This document shows positions 8,198-21,754 of a stretch of 64,000 nucleotides of DNA, piece after piece. A program made the position numbers and the translations under genes. Within the stretch, counting starts at the first letter, position 1; the number at the start of each line of letters is the position of its first letter. The stretch spans positions 1-64,000 of the forward strand of contig JBKBOT010000003.1 of assembly GCA_046293555.1 (NCBI GenBank). Direction: 5' to 3'. The notes beneath the pieces were generated by a model, which was given only the letters and a program-made list of their open reading frames with translations, was not told the origin of the DNA and did no database searches. This stretch comes from Pyrobaculum sp. (GTDB lineage Archaea; Thermoproteota; Thermoprotei; Thermoproteales; Thermoproteaceae).

Positions 8198-8616
8198 GGC
8201 CACACCTCAGAGCCGTATAGAACTAGGTATGTCCCCAGCGCCGTGCCCAACGCTGTGCCTAACGCGGTGAGTACAATAAGCAATATGTTTAACCTGGAGG
8301 CTCTTAGCGCCGGCTTTGGCTTTATGGGGTCGCGGAGCGGCCATCCCCTAATTAGCCCGAGCTCTATAAGCACAATCCGCAGCCCGTTGACGCCATGGAA
8401 CAATATGGAGAAGATAAACAAAGCTGCGAGGATCTTGCCAATTGGGGTCATGTCTAGCTTTAACGCCTCTTCCCAAGAGCCGTGTAAGAGCACCAGATAT
8501 GGCCGTGGGAATATGTATAACACCAGGTAGATTGCCGTAATTCTGTGTATAATGAAGTAAAGCCGCTCTATGTTCACCGCCCTGAACCACTCCCCCACGC
8601 CTCTCCCAGCCCTCAT
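8194..8616 (-). CDS. sdhC: Succinate dehydrogenase cytochrome b subunit C
   Basis: IHRITA and FHGVNGLRIVL heme-ligand motifs. Confidence 0.88.
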   Translation of the reverse strand: MRAGRGVGEWFRAVNIERLYFIIHRITAIYLVLYIFPRPYLVLLHGSWEEALKLDMTPIGKILAALFIFSILFHGVNGLRIVLIELGLIRGWPLRDPIKPKPALRASRLNILLIVLTALGTALGTALGTYLVLYGSEVWP

Positions 8617-9320
8617 GGCCTCCTCTTCCTCCTCAATATCGCGCTTTTGAGTAACTGTATTGAATAGCCTGGATCAACCCCACGGGGACAGACGGCGCTA
8701 CATGTATAAGCCAGGTGGCAGGGCCAGAGGCCGTCCTCAGTGTCTATAACGGCCTTTCTCACGTCCCACCCCCTGTCTCTGCCGTCTGCACTCCATCGAT
8801 ACGCCGCGTTTAACGCCATGGGCCCTAGAAACCTCTCGTTGGAACCCAATATGGGGCAGGCCGACATACATAGCCCACATTGTATACAGTAGGCAAAGTT
8901 GTAGTATTTCTCTAGCTCTTCTGGCTTCTGTCCAAACTCCCCATCGCCCTCATAGATCTCTTTCACGTCGCGTATAATATACGGCCTCACCGCCTCAACC
9001 TTTTTAAAATCAGGCTCTAGGTCTACCACGAGGTCCTTTATTACCCTGTGGTTCCACATGGGCTCAACCTCCACCCTCGCCCCCCCTAACTCCGACAGGA
9101 GGGTCTGACAAGCTAGCCTAGGTATGCCGTTGATAACCATCCCACAGGAGCCACATATTGCCATACGGCAGCTATACCTAACGGCGAGCGTTGGGTCTTG
9201 TTCCTCCCTTATTTTTACCAACAGGTCTAGTACTGAGGTCTTTTCTGAAGGCACATCCACCTTGTATTCCTGCCACCAGGCCTTCTGTCCATCATATCTC
9301 TTTATCTTAACTACCACCAT
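8613..9320 (-). CDS. sdhB: Succinate dehydrogenase iron-sulfur subunit
   Basis: SCRMAICGSC, CIQCGLCMSACP, CHLAYTCSAVCP; start at ATG 9320. Confidence 0.95.
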   Translation of the reverse strand: MVVVKIKRYDGQKAWWQEYKVDVPSEKTSVLDLLVKIREEQDPTLAVRYSCRMAICGSCGMVINGIPRLACQTLLSELGGARVEVEPMWNHRVIKDLVVDLEPDFKKVEAVRPYIIRDVKEIYEGDGEFGQKPEELEKYYNFAYCIQCGLCMSACPILGSNERFLGPMALNAAYRWSADGRDRGWDVRKAVIDTEDGLWPCHLAYTCSAVCPRGVDPGYSIQLLKSAILRRKRRP

Positions 9321-9321
9321 G

Positions 9322-11064
9322 TCAATACCTACGCTCTTCTGGCCTCCATTTGGTAATAGCAACTGGAGTGTAGGATATCCTCACCTCCCCACCGTGGAGA
9401 TACGCCACGGTGTGTTTTAACCAACTTACGTCATCCCGCTTGGGGAACTCAAGCCTGTAGTGTGCCCCCCGGGACTCAGCCCTTGCATACGCCCCGACGC
9501 CTACTACAAGCGCCAGGTCTAACATGCCGTCTACCTCAAGCGCGTCTTTAAGACTTTGGTTATACACCCTGCTGCTATCTACCACCCTAAAGGAGGTGAT
9601 GTCTCTCAGCTTTTTTAACTTCGCCAAGCCAGTAGCCATAGAGGAGCCGTGTCTAAACGGGCCGAAGTGTTCCTCCATAATCTCGTTTAGCTCCCGCCTG
9701 ACCTCATAGGGGGTCGGGGCATTTACCTCTTTTAGCAACCTGTCGAAAATTCTTCTCTCTTCCTCTTTTGCTACCTCAACTATATCCCCCCCGGGCTGGG
9801 AGAGAGGCGGCATATCAAGCACGTATTTTGCCGCCTGTTCTCCCGTTATTCTCCCCCAGACTGCGCACTCGCTTAGCGAGTTTGAGCCCAGGCGGTTTGC
9901 CCCATGTACGCTCACCGCAGCCGCCTCGCCGGCTGCCCACAGCCCCCTAACCCACACCCCATCTGCAGTCAACACGCGCCCCCACACGTCAGTATGAACG
10001 CCGCCCATAAAGTAATGCACCGCGGGAGCCACGGGGATGAGCTCAGAAAACACGTCTATACCGGCGTATTTATGTGCCAACTCGCGTATAAAGGGAATCC
10101 TCTTGTTTATCCTCTCCTCCCCCAAGTGCCTTAGGTCTAGCCCCACGTAACACATGCCGCCCTCGTGTTTAAACCCCCTCCCCTCTTGACACTCTATGAG
10201 AATTGCCCTAGACACAATGTCTCTTGGGGCTAGCTCCATCTTTTGTGGGGCGTATTTCTTCATGAAGCGTTCTCCCAGCCTGTTCACCAGATAGCCCCCC
10301 TCGCCTCTAGCGGCCTCGCTTATCAAAATTCCGCTAGGCACAAGAGCCGTGGGGTGCCACTGTACAAACTCCACATCTTTTAACGCCACGCCCTCCCTAA
10401 GGACAAAGCCAAGCGTCTCTCCAGTGGTGGAGTGGGCGGTGGTGGTGAAGCGATATAGCCTCCCGGCGCCGCCTGTGGCTATGATGCCCGCCTTGGCGTA
10501 AAACAGCTTAAACTCGCCGCTTTTTAGGTCGTAAGCCGCAACGCCTTTAAACTCTCTATTCTTTATTATGATTTTTGTCACAAAGTGTTCATGATATACA
10601 TGGATGTTTTCAAACCTCCTGGCTTCTGAATATAGTGTAGACATGATGAAAAAGCCTGTCTTGTCTGCAGCAAAGGTGGTCCGTGGGATTGACATCCCGC
10701 CGAAGGGCCTTTGGGCAATTTTTCCATCTGGCTCTCTTGTCCAAGGCACGCCGATCCTCTCTAGGTAACGTACCTCTCTCGGGGCGTATTCCACAAGTAT
10801 CTGTACTGCGTCTTGATCTGCGAGAAAGTCGCTACCCTTTACGGTATCGTAGGCGTGTAGCTCTAGGGAGTCGCCTGTCTTCTCTGGGTACAACACAGCC
10901 GACATGCCGCCCTCGGCTGAGAGGCTGTGGCTACGCATTGCCTGAATTTTCGACAAAATTGCAATAGAGATCTTCCCCCCGGTGGCCCACGCCGCGGAGG
11001 CGGCGGCTCTAAGTCCTGCGATCCCAGAGCCGACAATAACCAGGTCGTATCTTAAAATTTCCAT
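9322..11064 (-). CDS. sdhA: Succinate dehydrogenase/fumarate reductase flavoprotein
   Basis: [16 protein letters not shown] (covalent FAD His), [23 protein letters not shown]. Confidence 0.97.
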   Translation of the reverse strand: MEILRYDLVIVGSGIAGLRAAASAAWATGGKISIAILSKIQAMRSHSLSAEGGMSAVLYPEKTGDSLELHAYDTVKGSDFLADQDAVQILVEYAPREVRYLERIGVPWTREPDGKIAQRPFGGMSIPRTTFAADKTGFFIMSTLYSEARRFENIHVYHEHFVTKIIIKNREFKGVAAYDLKSGEFKLFYAKAGIIATGGAGRLYRFTTTAHSTTGETLGFVLREGVALKDVEFVQWHPTALVPSGILISEAARGEGGYLVNRLGERFMKKYAPQKMELAPRDIVSRAILIECQEGRGFKHEGGMCYVGLDLRHLGEERINKRIPFIRELAHKYAGIDVFSELIPVAPAVHYFMGGVHTDVWGRVLTADGVWVRGLWAAGEAAAVSVHGANRLGSNSLSECAVWGRITGEQAAKYVLDMPPLSQPGGDIVEVAKEEERRIFDRLLKEVNAPTPYEVRRELNEIMEEHFGPFRHGSSMATGLAKLKKLRDITSFRVVDSSRVYNQSLKDALEVDGMLDLALVVGVGAYARAESRGAHYRLEFPKRDDVSWLKHTVAYLHGGEVRISYTPVAITKWRPEERRY

Positions 11065-11080
11065 GTTAGATAGTAGATAG

Positions 11081-11129
11081 CTATATTTACATTATATTTC
11101 GGCTATTGTCTAAAATCTATATTTACATT
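11081..11129. promoter_or_regulatory. 13-bp direct repeat CTATATTTACATT in the divergent sdhA promoter region
   Basis: Exact copies at 11081-11093 and 11117-11129. Confidence 0.5.
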
Positions 11130-11183
11130 TAACGCCGCCGAAGTAGAAGAGACAGATTTTTAATTACATTTCCAGAGAGGTCT

Positions 11184-11789
11184 GTGCCACTTCACATAGT
11201 AGCGGTTAAACGGTCTGGAGTTGATATATGCGAGGGACAGATACTTGTCAGATGTTGTATAGACGGCATGTGTGCAGACGTTCCAATAAGCGACGGGTTT
11301 GAGCCCGGGGTATACGACGAAAATACACAAAACCCAAATCTCAAGAACTGTCTTGAAGTGTTGTCACGCCAACGAGAAATGGGAATCGCAAGGCTTGAGG
11401 TCTGTGGAGACAAGAAGTCTCAAAAATGTCCACGTAAACTCGCCGAATATATCTTGTCTAAATACGGAGGCCCCGTGTTACTCGTAGGATTTAACCGAGA
11501 GGTAGCCGAGGCTATTTTCACCCTTACAGACGGCTTTGTGGCTGACGTAGAGGGCCGCCTCTACCCCTTCAACTTTATAGACATGTCAAATCCCTACAGC
11601 TGGATTGATAAAGTAAGGTCAATTGTGGTATCTCCAGGCGTTATACACCACGAGGAGGTAATTGAGCTAATAAAAAAGGCGAAGGGACTGGGGAAGCCTG
11701 TAGTCATGTTTGGCGTCTTGTCTCCTCTTTACAAAGACCTAGGGATTGAGCACTTCTGTCCATATGGAATAAAAATAAAAAACAACTAA
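11184..11789 (+). CDS. Cys-rich DUF364-like (Rossmann-like) protein
   Basis: VC-x7-C, VLLVGF, KPVVMFGV and C-terminal FCPYG resemble archaeal DUF364 proteins (from memory). Confidence 0.55.
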   Translation: MPLHIVAVKRSGVDICEGQILVRCCIDGMCADVPISDGFEPGVYDENTQNPNLKNCLEVLSRQREMGIARLEVCGDKKSQKCPRKLAEYILSKYGGPVLLVGFNREVAEAIFTLTDGFVADVEGRLYPFNFIDMSNPYSWIDKVRSIVVSPGVIHHEEVIELIKKAKGLGKPVVMFGVLSPLYKDLGIEHFCPYGIKIKNN

Positions 11790-11798
11790 AAATTTCTT

Positions 11799-12236
11799 GT
11801 GAAATATCAACGTTCAGCCGGAGCGGTGATATACACGGCGGCAGGTGGAGACATACTTTACCTCCTCCTCCACGGCAAATTCGGGTGGGATTTCCCACAC
11901 GGCCTCATAAGGCCACGTGAGTCAGAAGAGACAGCAGCACTGAGAGAGGTATATGAAGAGACTGGACTAAAGGTGGAACTAATACCAAACTTCAGAGAGG
12001 AGATTAGATATAAATACTCAAAAAGGGGCAAGACCTACTACAGGGAGATTGTATACTTCCTTGCGAGAAGTAGAGAAGTAAAAGTGGCTCTGTCGGGAGA
12101 ACACAACGCCTACCTATGGGCTGGGCGGGACAAGGCGTTAGAGCTGGTCAGAGACGAGACTAGGGCCGTGTTGTTAAAGGCGTGGAAAAAAATTATTGAA
12201 GTTGAGGGGAGGCTAAGTTATAGAGACGCCCTCTAG
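11799..12236 (+). CDS. NUDIX hydrolase (Ap4A hydrolase-like)
   Basis: SAGAVI, WDFPHG, Nudix box ESEETAALREVYEETGL, LSGEH. Confidence 0.9.
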   Translation: MKYQRSAGAVIYTAAGGDILYLLLHGKFGWDFPHGLIRPRESEETAALREVYEETGLKVELIPNFREEIRYKYSKRGKTYYREIVYFLARSREVKVALSGEHNAYLWAGRDKALELVRDETRAVLLKAWKKIIEVEGRLSYRDAL

Positions 12237-15200
12237 GAAGTAGAAGGGGAAGTGGTAGTAGTTCGCGCCATCCCACACAACGGTTGCATATTGTGGCGAG
12301 TATAACGCCGCAACATAGTCTATAAATACAGGCAGCTTGACATATATCATGTCGAACTGTAGGTCTGTGCCATATGTGTACTGAGGTACTACAAACCCGC
12401 CGCCCATAACCTCGGCGAACTTAATCGCGTAGAGGTAGCTAACTGGCGGCGTGCTGAAAGCAAACTTGACAAATGGCGTGGGCGTGACCATAACCGGCAT
12501 GTCGCCGCTAGTAATAAACGGCCGTACAGACCCAGAAATAGCCTCAGATGTGCTACAGCCGCCGTAAAGCGCCGTTCTTGTAATTACCGTAAAGCCGTTA
12601 CTCCTGGTGTAATACGAGGCAGTTGTGGTAACCGGAATGGCAAAAGAGGAGGCTGGCATCGTCACGATTCTGGCCGCCCCGCCCGTGCCAGCCCATCTAA
12701 ATATCCCGCCGCCTAAATAGTGATGATATGAGAAGCCCTGGTTTGGAAATCTTCCGGCAAAGAACCCGTCGCGTGTAACTGTATACGAGATGAGAGACGT
12801 GTTTACACAACTCCACCTGAAGTCTACATACAGGCCTCTGGGCAAAGTCGGCGTTGATATGTAGTATACACGCCAGTCGCCAGACTCATATCTCCACCGC
12901 CAGTCGTTAGCGCCGCGGACCTCGCTGGCGTTATACCAGCTGTCCGACCTACCCGCCGTTAATACATAGACAGTGTTTACAGGCACAGAAGCCCTCACGG
13001 TGTAGCTAAGCGGCACCACGTAGACAGTGCCGTTTATGTTAAGCAAAACCATCCGCTCGAAGGCCGTGGGGGCCATATTTGCCGGGGCACGTACAGTCAC
13101 CACAAAGGAGTAGCTCTGACGCGGCGGAAGAGTCACGGCGGAGGGGATAACACTCACGTCGTCAGCCGGCGCCCTCCTGTAGGCAACCACCTCTACCACA
13201 ACCGGCACCGTGGCGGGATATGGGCTCTGCACCCGCCTTACGTCAATTCTTAACACCAGCCTATCGCCGCCCAGCCTCGCCCCAGGTCTAGCCACAGGCA
13301 CCTCGACGGCGGTGCCCCTCTGGTAGCCGTAGTTAAGCCATATCAACTCTGGGGTCTGTATAGCGCCGTCGTTGTTGACATCCTTCCAGCTGAATACCCA
13401 CAAGACAGGCCTTGTGTTTTCGAGGTAGTCAAACTCGGGGTCGAAATAGGAGAATCTATAGGAAACCCTAAACACAACCAACTCTGCCTGTCTTAACGCG
13501 CCCTCGTCGAAACCCAGCGCCCCCATTGTGAAATAGCCGCCAAACGTCCCCACCGGTATGTTCACCACGGCGCTTTTCCTATATATTGGCTCTAGCCTCA
13601 CGGCGGAGGCCTCTATACGTAGCCGCCGGTCTGTAGAGGTGACCGTCAAGACGCCTGTAGCCTGGCCGCCAGGTGTTAACGTCATGTATAAACTCGTCAT
13701 GCCGAAAGTCGGCTGTCTAAACCCAGCCAATAGGTTTAATGACCACTGGCTTGTCAGCCTGTTGTTTAGCAGATATCCAAAGTAGTAGGGGATATTTACA
13801 CGCCACTGGAAGTCCCAAGAGGAGCCTAGATCCACCACAGAGTTTGTTCTAAACAAGGCGACAGGCGCCTTGGGGGCAGGTAGGCCGAAGTAAGACCTGG
13901 CGGCGATAACCGCCGCAGTGGCGTTCACAAAGCCGTGGCCCGCAGTAAACGGGGTGTAGCCAATGTCGGCCGCCGTGCTGGCTAGTATCTGCCTCACGAG
14001 GAAGGGATCCACCGTGGCGGGGTCTCTAGCCGTGGCGATAGAGCTCAAGACTAGAGCCGCCACGCCCGCAGTTAGGGGAGTTGCCTGAGAGGTGCCGCCA
14101 AAGATATCCCAATCCTCCGCACTGCCGTACCAGTAGGCACCCCAGCCCACTGGATATGCGGCGATACCGAATGCGCCTATGTTCACCACGTCGGGCTTCA
14201 CGTAGCCCGCGGGTGTGGGGCCTCTAAGAGACCAGCTGATGATATCGCCCCAGCTAAAGCCGCGGAATGGGATTCCTAACGCCAGCCAGAAGTGTCCGCT
14301 TGTGGCAGCGCCGACGGTAATAGCGCCGAGAGCCGCGCCGGGGCTCGTAATGGTGCCAAAACCATAGCCGCCGTTGCCGCCAGCGTGGATGATGACAATA
14401 CCTGGATACCCCCTATCTAGGTAGCCGGGTGCCGCCAGTCCGTTTATAAACGCCGACTCGAAGTCATATCCAAACACCGCGTAGTCATATATAAAAGTCG
14501 ATATGCCCCAGCTGTTGCTTATAACATGTGCCCGTTTTTGCCTGGTCCAGTACCACTGCCCATCTTTTACGTCAAACCCGGCGGCCCACATCATGCCTGG
14601 CTCCACCATGCCCCACCAAAGCCCCTTGACGCCAAGCACCTTGGCGCCTGGCGCAATGCCTCTTAACGTCCCAACTGAGTAGACCGCCTTGCCTCTCCCA
14701 GCGGCGACAGAGCTACACGCCGTGCCATGGCTATGGAAGTCGTAGAAGATGCTTAGATATCGGCCATCTAGGTCCCAACCCGGGTAGAACCTGGCGTGGC
14801 CATCAAGCCAGAGCCCCCAGTCGTAGAAATACCCCCCGGCCACGCCCAGACTTCTTGTGGGCGTGTTGAGGTTATTTACTACAAGCCTGTTGCCAAAATA
14901 TCTGAGCTCCAAATCGTCGCCAAAGTTACAGTTGTCGTTCACATCGACGCGAGCCGCGGTGTAGACCTCAGCCTGGTCTGGGTCATACATCACGACGCCT
15001 ACTGTCACATATCCGCCATACCAGGGGATATATAGGGCGGTCATGCCGAATTTATACACGCCGCTTTTGCTGACCAAGCCCGCCACGTTGTAGTTACAGC
15101 CGGCTGTTACAGAATATATGAAGACGCCGTCTATTACATCAAACTGCTTGTTGGCAGTTGGCAGAAATCCTCCAGAGGCTGTAAACGGCTTTAGTAACGA

Positions 15201-15920
15201 CACGTGGGATTCGTCTGCATCTAACACCAGCGGCTCTACAGAAGCCACCTGGTTGAGGGGTATGGAGGCAGTCTCTCCCCTTAGGGTCCTATATTGGAGC
15301 GTGGAGCCAGATGTCGAGATTGAGGCCGCGACGATCTCTCTCCCGTCTGTGGTTTTTATAAGCCATGCGAGTGCGTCCTGTAGGTCTGGATGTCCGTAAT
15401 CCACGCCCGTATCTACCACGGCAATTACAACTCCGGTGCCGTTTACGTTAAAGAGCTGTTCCACCTTTGTGGCGCCAATGATCTCCCTCATTACCGGCAG
15501 TGTGGGCTGTGGCGACTTGCCCCCTTCCGCCAAGGCGCGTATCTCGGCGAAGAAATCTCTTGGCGGCACCTCTGGCAGGGTCTTGACATATACGTTCCTG
15601 ACGTAGGGCGAGCCTATCAAAGTCTTTACAAAGCTGGCGGGGCCTTTGTAATATAGCTCAGCCAACTCCCCCACCTTTCTGCCCTGTAGCTTTATCTTGT
15701 CGACTGTGAGAGAGATCACCGACACCTCTTTATCGTCTATCTTCACTTTGTCCACCTTAGGCGTGGTCTTCCACTGGGAGGCAAAGGCGTCTAAATCTGT
15801 GACTGTTATCTTAGCCACAACTGGGGTGTTGGTATCTAAGAGGGAGGGGTTTACCCCCGCCACCTCTGTTTGTGCATATAGGAACAACGCCAGTATGAGT
15901 GCCATTATTACATACCTCAT
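12213..15920 (-). CDS. Large secreted subtilisin-family (S8) serine protease, pyrolysin/STABLE-like
   Basis: Signal peptide; catalytic D (VVDTGVD), H (HGTAC) and S (GTSQATP); large insert between D and H; long C-terminal extension. Confidence 0.92.
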   Translation of the reverse strand: MRYVIMALILALFLYAQTEVAGVNPSLLDTNTPVVAKITVTDLDAFASQWKTTPKVDKVKIDDKEVSVISLTVDKIKLQGRKVGELAELYYKGPASFVKTLIGSPYVRNVYVKTLPEVPPRDFFAEIRALAEGGKSPQPTLPVMREIIGATKVEQLFNVNGTGVVIAVVDTGVDYGHPDLQDALAWLIKTTDGREIVAASISTSGSTLQYRTLRGETASIPLNQVASVEPLVLDADESHVSLLKPFTASGGFLPTANKQFDVIDGVFIYSVTAGCNYNVAGLVSKSGVYKFGMTALYIPWYGGYVTVGVVMYDPDQAEVYTAARVDVNDNCNFGDDLELRYFGNRLVVNNLNTPTRSLGVAGGYFYDWGLWLDGHARFYPGWDLDGRYLSIFYDFHSHGTACSSVAAGRGKAVYSVGTLRGIAPGAKVLGVKGLWWGMVEPGMMWAAGFDVKDGQWYWTRQKRAHVISNSWGISTFIYDYAVFGYDFESAFINGLAAPGYLDRGYPGIVIIHAGGNGGYGFGTITSPGAALGAITVGAATSGHFWLALGIPFRGFSWGDIISWSLRGPTPAGYVKPDVVNIGAFGIAAYPVGWGAYWYGSAEDWDIFGGTSQATPLTAGVAALVLSSIATARDPATVDPFLVRQILASTAADIGYTPFTAGHGFVNATAAVIAARSYFGLPAPKAPVALFRTNSVVDLGSSWDFQWRVNIPYYFGYLLNNRLTSQWSLNLLAGFRQPTFGMTSLYMTLTPGGQATGVLTVTSTDRRLRIEASAVRLEPIYRKSAVVNIPVGTFGGYFTMGALGFDEGALRQAELVVFRVSYRFSYFDPEFDYLENTRPVLWVFSWKDVNNDGAIQTPELIWLNYGYQRGTAVEVPVARPGARLGGDRLVLRIDVRRVQSPYPATVPVVVEVVAYRRAPADDVSVIPSAVTLPPRQSYSFVVTVRAPANMAPTAFERMVLLNINGTVYVVPLSYTVRASVPVNTVYVLTAGRSDSWYNASEVRGANDWRWRYESGDWRVYYISTPTLPRGLYVDFRWSCVNTSLISYTVTRDGFFAGRFPNQGFSYHHYLGGGIFRWAGTGGAARIVTMPASSFAIPVTTTASYYTRSNGFTVITRTALYGGCSTSEAISGSVRPFITSGDMPVMVTPTPFVKFAFSTPPVSYLYAIKFAEVMGGGFVVPQYTYGTDLQFDMIYVKLPVFIDYVAALYSPQYATVVWDGANYYHFPFYFLEGVSIT

Positions 15921-15969
15921 ACATTAGGCGGTTTACAGTATATATAAACTTTTTGTATATCTCCTCTTG

Positions 15970-16326
15970 ATGAAGATGTCTATTGTGGTTAGAACCGACT
16001 TAAAGATGTCCTGTGGGAAGACAGCCGCGCAGGTGGGACACGCCGTGGTGGAATGCGTCTTAATGGCGTTTAGAGACGGCAAGTGGAAAAGGTGGCTAGA
16101 CCAATGGCTGGAGGAAGGCCAGAAGAAGGTGGTGTTAGCTGTGGAGGATCTAAGCCGCCTTCAGGAAGTTCACCAAAAGGCGAAGTCGCTAGGGCTACCC
16201 ACAGCCGTTGTGGTAGATGCCGGCCTTACAGAACTGCCGCCGGGGACGTCCACCGTGGCGTGTGTAGGCCCGGCGCCAGACGAGCTAATAGACGTGATTA
16301 CTGGACACCTAAAACTGTATAAATAG
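15970..16326 (+). CDS. pth2: Peptidyl-tRNA hydrolase Pth2
   Basis: VRTDLKMSCGKTAAQVGHA, GQKKVVL, DAGLTE. Confidence 0.95.
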   Translation: MKMSIVVRTDLKMSCGKTAAQVGHAVVECVLMAFRDGKWKRWLDQWLEEGQKKVVLAVEDLSRLQEVHQKAKSLGLPTAVVVDAGLTELPPGTSTVACVGPAPDELIDVITGHLKLYK

Positions 16327-16327
16327 G

Positions 16328-16534
16328 GTGAAACTCCTCCCCATGAGGCTGGCATATATATACGGCGGGGTCTCGCTTGGGGTCGCCATATATTTCCTCT
16401 ACCTAGTGGTGACGGGGGTGAGGGTGGAGTTGCCAATTGGGGCACATAAGGTAGACATATTTCTTGTCGCCGTGGCTGTATTTACATTACTTACGCTTTA
16501 CGTCATATATAGGCTTACAGAGAGACGTAGTTGA
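16328..16534 (+). CDS. Small membrane protein (two TM helices)
   Basis: Two hydrophobic stretches; starts 1 bp after pth2. Confidence 0.65.
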   Translation: MKLLPMRLAYIYGGVSLGVAIYFLYLVVTGVRVELPIGAHKVDIFLVAVAVFTLLTLYVIYRLTERRS

Positions 16535-18209
16535 GATACTCCCCGTCGCCTATTTTTCGTCGCAACTCCTCCAGGCTTTTAAAAGGCCTTTCTCTCAACA
16601 CGGCCTCTATCTTGTTCTCAAGCCCCGGCACCCTTCTTAAAACCCTCCTACTTGCCGTATTTATGTCCACAGGATGTGGCAGAGCCAAGACGCTCCTCGA
16701 GCCGTGATCTAAAACCACAACGTCGATAAATTTGCCTAGCTCAACTCTCGCCGGTATGTAGACCAGCAGGGGGTAAGACCCCACCTGCCTGGCGTAAGTC
16801 CCCGAGTGGTAATGAGCTTCTGTATATACCTCTCTTAACACCGTGCCCCGGGGGGCTATACGTCTTAACATCTCCCTGTCAAAAACCTCTCTAGTCCACC
16901 TCTTGAATTGGTAGAACCTCCTCTTGTGTTCTCTTAACGTCTTTATAACCCTCCTGGCTTGTGGCCAAAGCCGCGACGTTGGAAAGATCAACACCTGTCT
17001 GATATTTACTCTCCTTACTAAGAGCCCCCGCCTTAAGGCCTCCTGTAGAAACTCCATGTTTAGCCTAAAGGTCTCGGCGGTTTCGCCGGGGAGGCCTATC
17101 ACGAAGTTCACCCCGGCCAAGATATGCGGCATTCCGTTTTGTCCACGCGTCGACCCCACCTCGGCAAACAGCTTTATGGCCTCTAGCGACTGTTCCGGGT
17201 CTGTCTTTAGGTTGTTTATTTTTATCACCCTGGGGTCTGCCGTCTCGACTCCCAACGCCGCCACGTTGCCGGGTGTGCCGTATTTGGCGAGAAGTTTTGT
17301 GACCTCTAGCGACTCCTCTCTCCATGTGGCAACTGTGCCCGGATTTACGTTGTCTATATGTAGGGTCTTTAAGCCCGGCGCGTTGTTTCTAATGCCAGCC
17401 AGAAGCCGCCCTATGGCGGGGGGGTTGGGCCTCGGGAAGTCCTCTTTACCCACGTCATGTGACATGTAGGCATAGAAATCCGCTTGTCTCCCAAGTCTAA
17501 AATGCAGGACTCCCGCCTTGTGGAGAGCCTCTACCTCTCTCACAACCCCCTCGACAGGCCGCATGACCACTGGGCCGTAGGCAACTGTGGTACAAAAGGA
17601 ACAGCCGCCCGACACATACCTGGGGCACGACCTATAGGTCTCCAGCTCGATTATCAAGTTTTTGCCGTAATTAGGGTGTTGGGTGACCACCTTGGCTCCA
17701 CGCCATGCGAACTCGTCAACTAGCTTAAAGTCCCTATGTGTCTCCGAGGGGGTTGCTCTCTCCACTCCGTCTGTAAGCACTCTGTATACCACAAGATCTA
17801 CATCGCCTGTAACCACCAGGTCGTAATATCTGCGGAACTTCCAGGGAGGCGTGGCCACAGTGCCTCCAGCTACGCCATATCCAAATCTCGCCACGGGGCC
17901 CCCCAGAATTTTTACAGGTCCCTCCAGCCTCCCGATATCTAAAATCTCGTCGAGTGTTATTGGGGTCCCGCCTAGGTATTTACCCGGTGTGGTCACTCCA
18001 GCCACCACTACCACCATCTTGAACTTAGAGAGTCTGTCTAGAGAGCGGCGCCAGTCTGTTCTAAGCTGATCTATGGAGAAATAACTGACCGGCCCCCTTC
18101 CGGCATAATCGACGGCGCCTGCCACATATCTTGCATATACGTCCAGATAGGGGGGGACTCCAAAGCCGGCGGGCTCGTCTGTATAGCCATCTACAATGGC
18201 TAGATGCAC
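16515..18209 (-). CDS. Radical SAM protein with C-terminal helix-hairpin-helix (COG1031-like)
   Basis: IVDGYTDEPAGFGVPPY N-terminus, CPRYVSGGCSFC (CX7CX2C), DINTASRRVLRRVPGL HhH; start at GTG 18209. Confidence 0.85.
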   Translation of the reverse strand: MHLAIVDGYTDEPAGFGVPPYLDVYARYVAGAVDYAGRGPVSYFSIDQLRTDWRRSLDRLSKFKMVVVVAGVTTPGKYLGGTPITLDEILDIGRLEGPVKILGGPVARFGYGVAGGTVATPPWKFRRYYDLVVTGDVDLVVYRVLTDGVERATPSETHRDFKLVDEFAWRGAKVVTQHPNYGKNLIIELETYRSCPRYVSGGCSFCTTVAYGPVVMRPVEGVVREVEALHKAGVLHFRLGRQADFYAYMSHDVGKEDFPRPNPPAIGRLLAGIRNNAPGLKTLHIDNVNPGTVATWREESLEVTKLLAKYGTPGNVAALGVETADPRVIKINNLKTDPEQSLEAIKLFAEVGSTRGQNGMPHILAGVNFVIGLPGETAETFRLNMEFLQEALRRGLLVRRVNIRQVLIFPTSRLWPQARRVIKTLREHKRRFYQFKRWTREVFDREMLRRIAPRGTVLREVYTEAHYHSGTYARQVGSYPLLVYIPARVELGKFIDVVVLDHGSRSVLALPHPVDINTASRRVLRRVPGLENKIEAVLRERPFKSLEELRRKIGDGEYLNYVSL

Positions 18210-18251
18210 GTGTTTAAAAAGAGTTTTAAATATCAACTTTATAATGCCACA

Positions 18252-18767
18252 ATGGCTAAAATCCCGTTTTGTGAGTTCTGCGTTAAGACGCGCGTGTTGT
18301 GTCAGAAATGTCAGTCGTTATTAGACAGCGGCAGGTTTCAGTGGCTTGACGTAGAGGTCTCCGACGCCATCCTTAAGGTGGAGCGTAAGATAAATCTATC
18401 GGAGGTGGAGTATATAAAGTCTTACGAGACTGACGACTTTATTGTTATACTTATGAAAAACACGAGACGTGTCCCACGTGGTGCCTTCATGCAGCTAGAA
18501 AAAGAGCTGACGTCAGTACTTGGGAAAAACGTCAGGGTGGTAGAACAGGGCAGCGTAAATGAGATAATCGCGCAGCTGGTCTCTCCAGCCAGGCTGCTTA
18601 CAATCTCCACGTCGTGGCTCCCCGACGGCACGACGGAGACTGTGGTAAAGATCCCCGCCAGAGAGTTGAGAAGACTGCCCATAAGGCCCGAGCGACTACA
18701 AGCCGTGATAGGCCAGATCTCTGGCGCCAATGTAAAAATAGAGATTGTAAGAGAGGTAAGGGCATAG
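18252..18767 (+). CDS. NusA-like transcription factor with N-terminal Zn finger (NusA2 type)
   Basis: CEFC..LCQKC followed by degenerate KH-like domains (LGKNVRVVE). Confidence 0.8.
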   Translation: MAKIPFCEFCVKTRVLCQKCQSLLDSGRFQWLDVEVSDAILKVERKINLSEVEYIKSYETDDFIVILMKNTRRVPRGAFMQLEKELTSVLGKNVRVVEQGSVNEIIAQLVSPARLLTISTSWLPDGTTETVVKIPARELRRLPIRPERLQAVIGQISGANVKIEIVREVRA

Positions 18768-18795
18768 CTTTTTTACCAATTGTCTTTCTATAGAC

Positions 18796-21736
<2,941 letters not shown>

Positions 21737-21754
21737 AGATGCCAGTGGTCTTAT

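Noticed and set aside
18252-18767. Second NusA as a novelty
   Set aside because: Zn-finger NusA paralogues are widespread in archaea.
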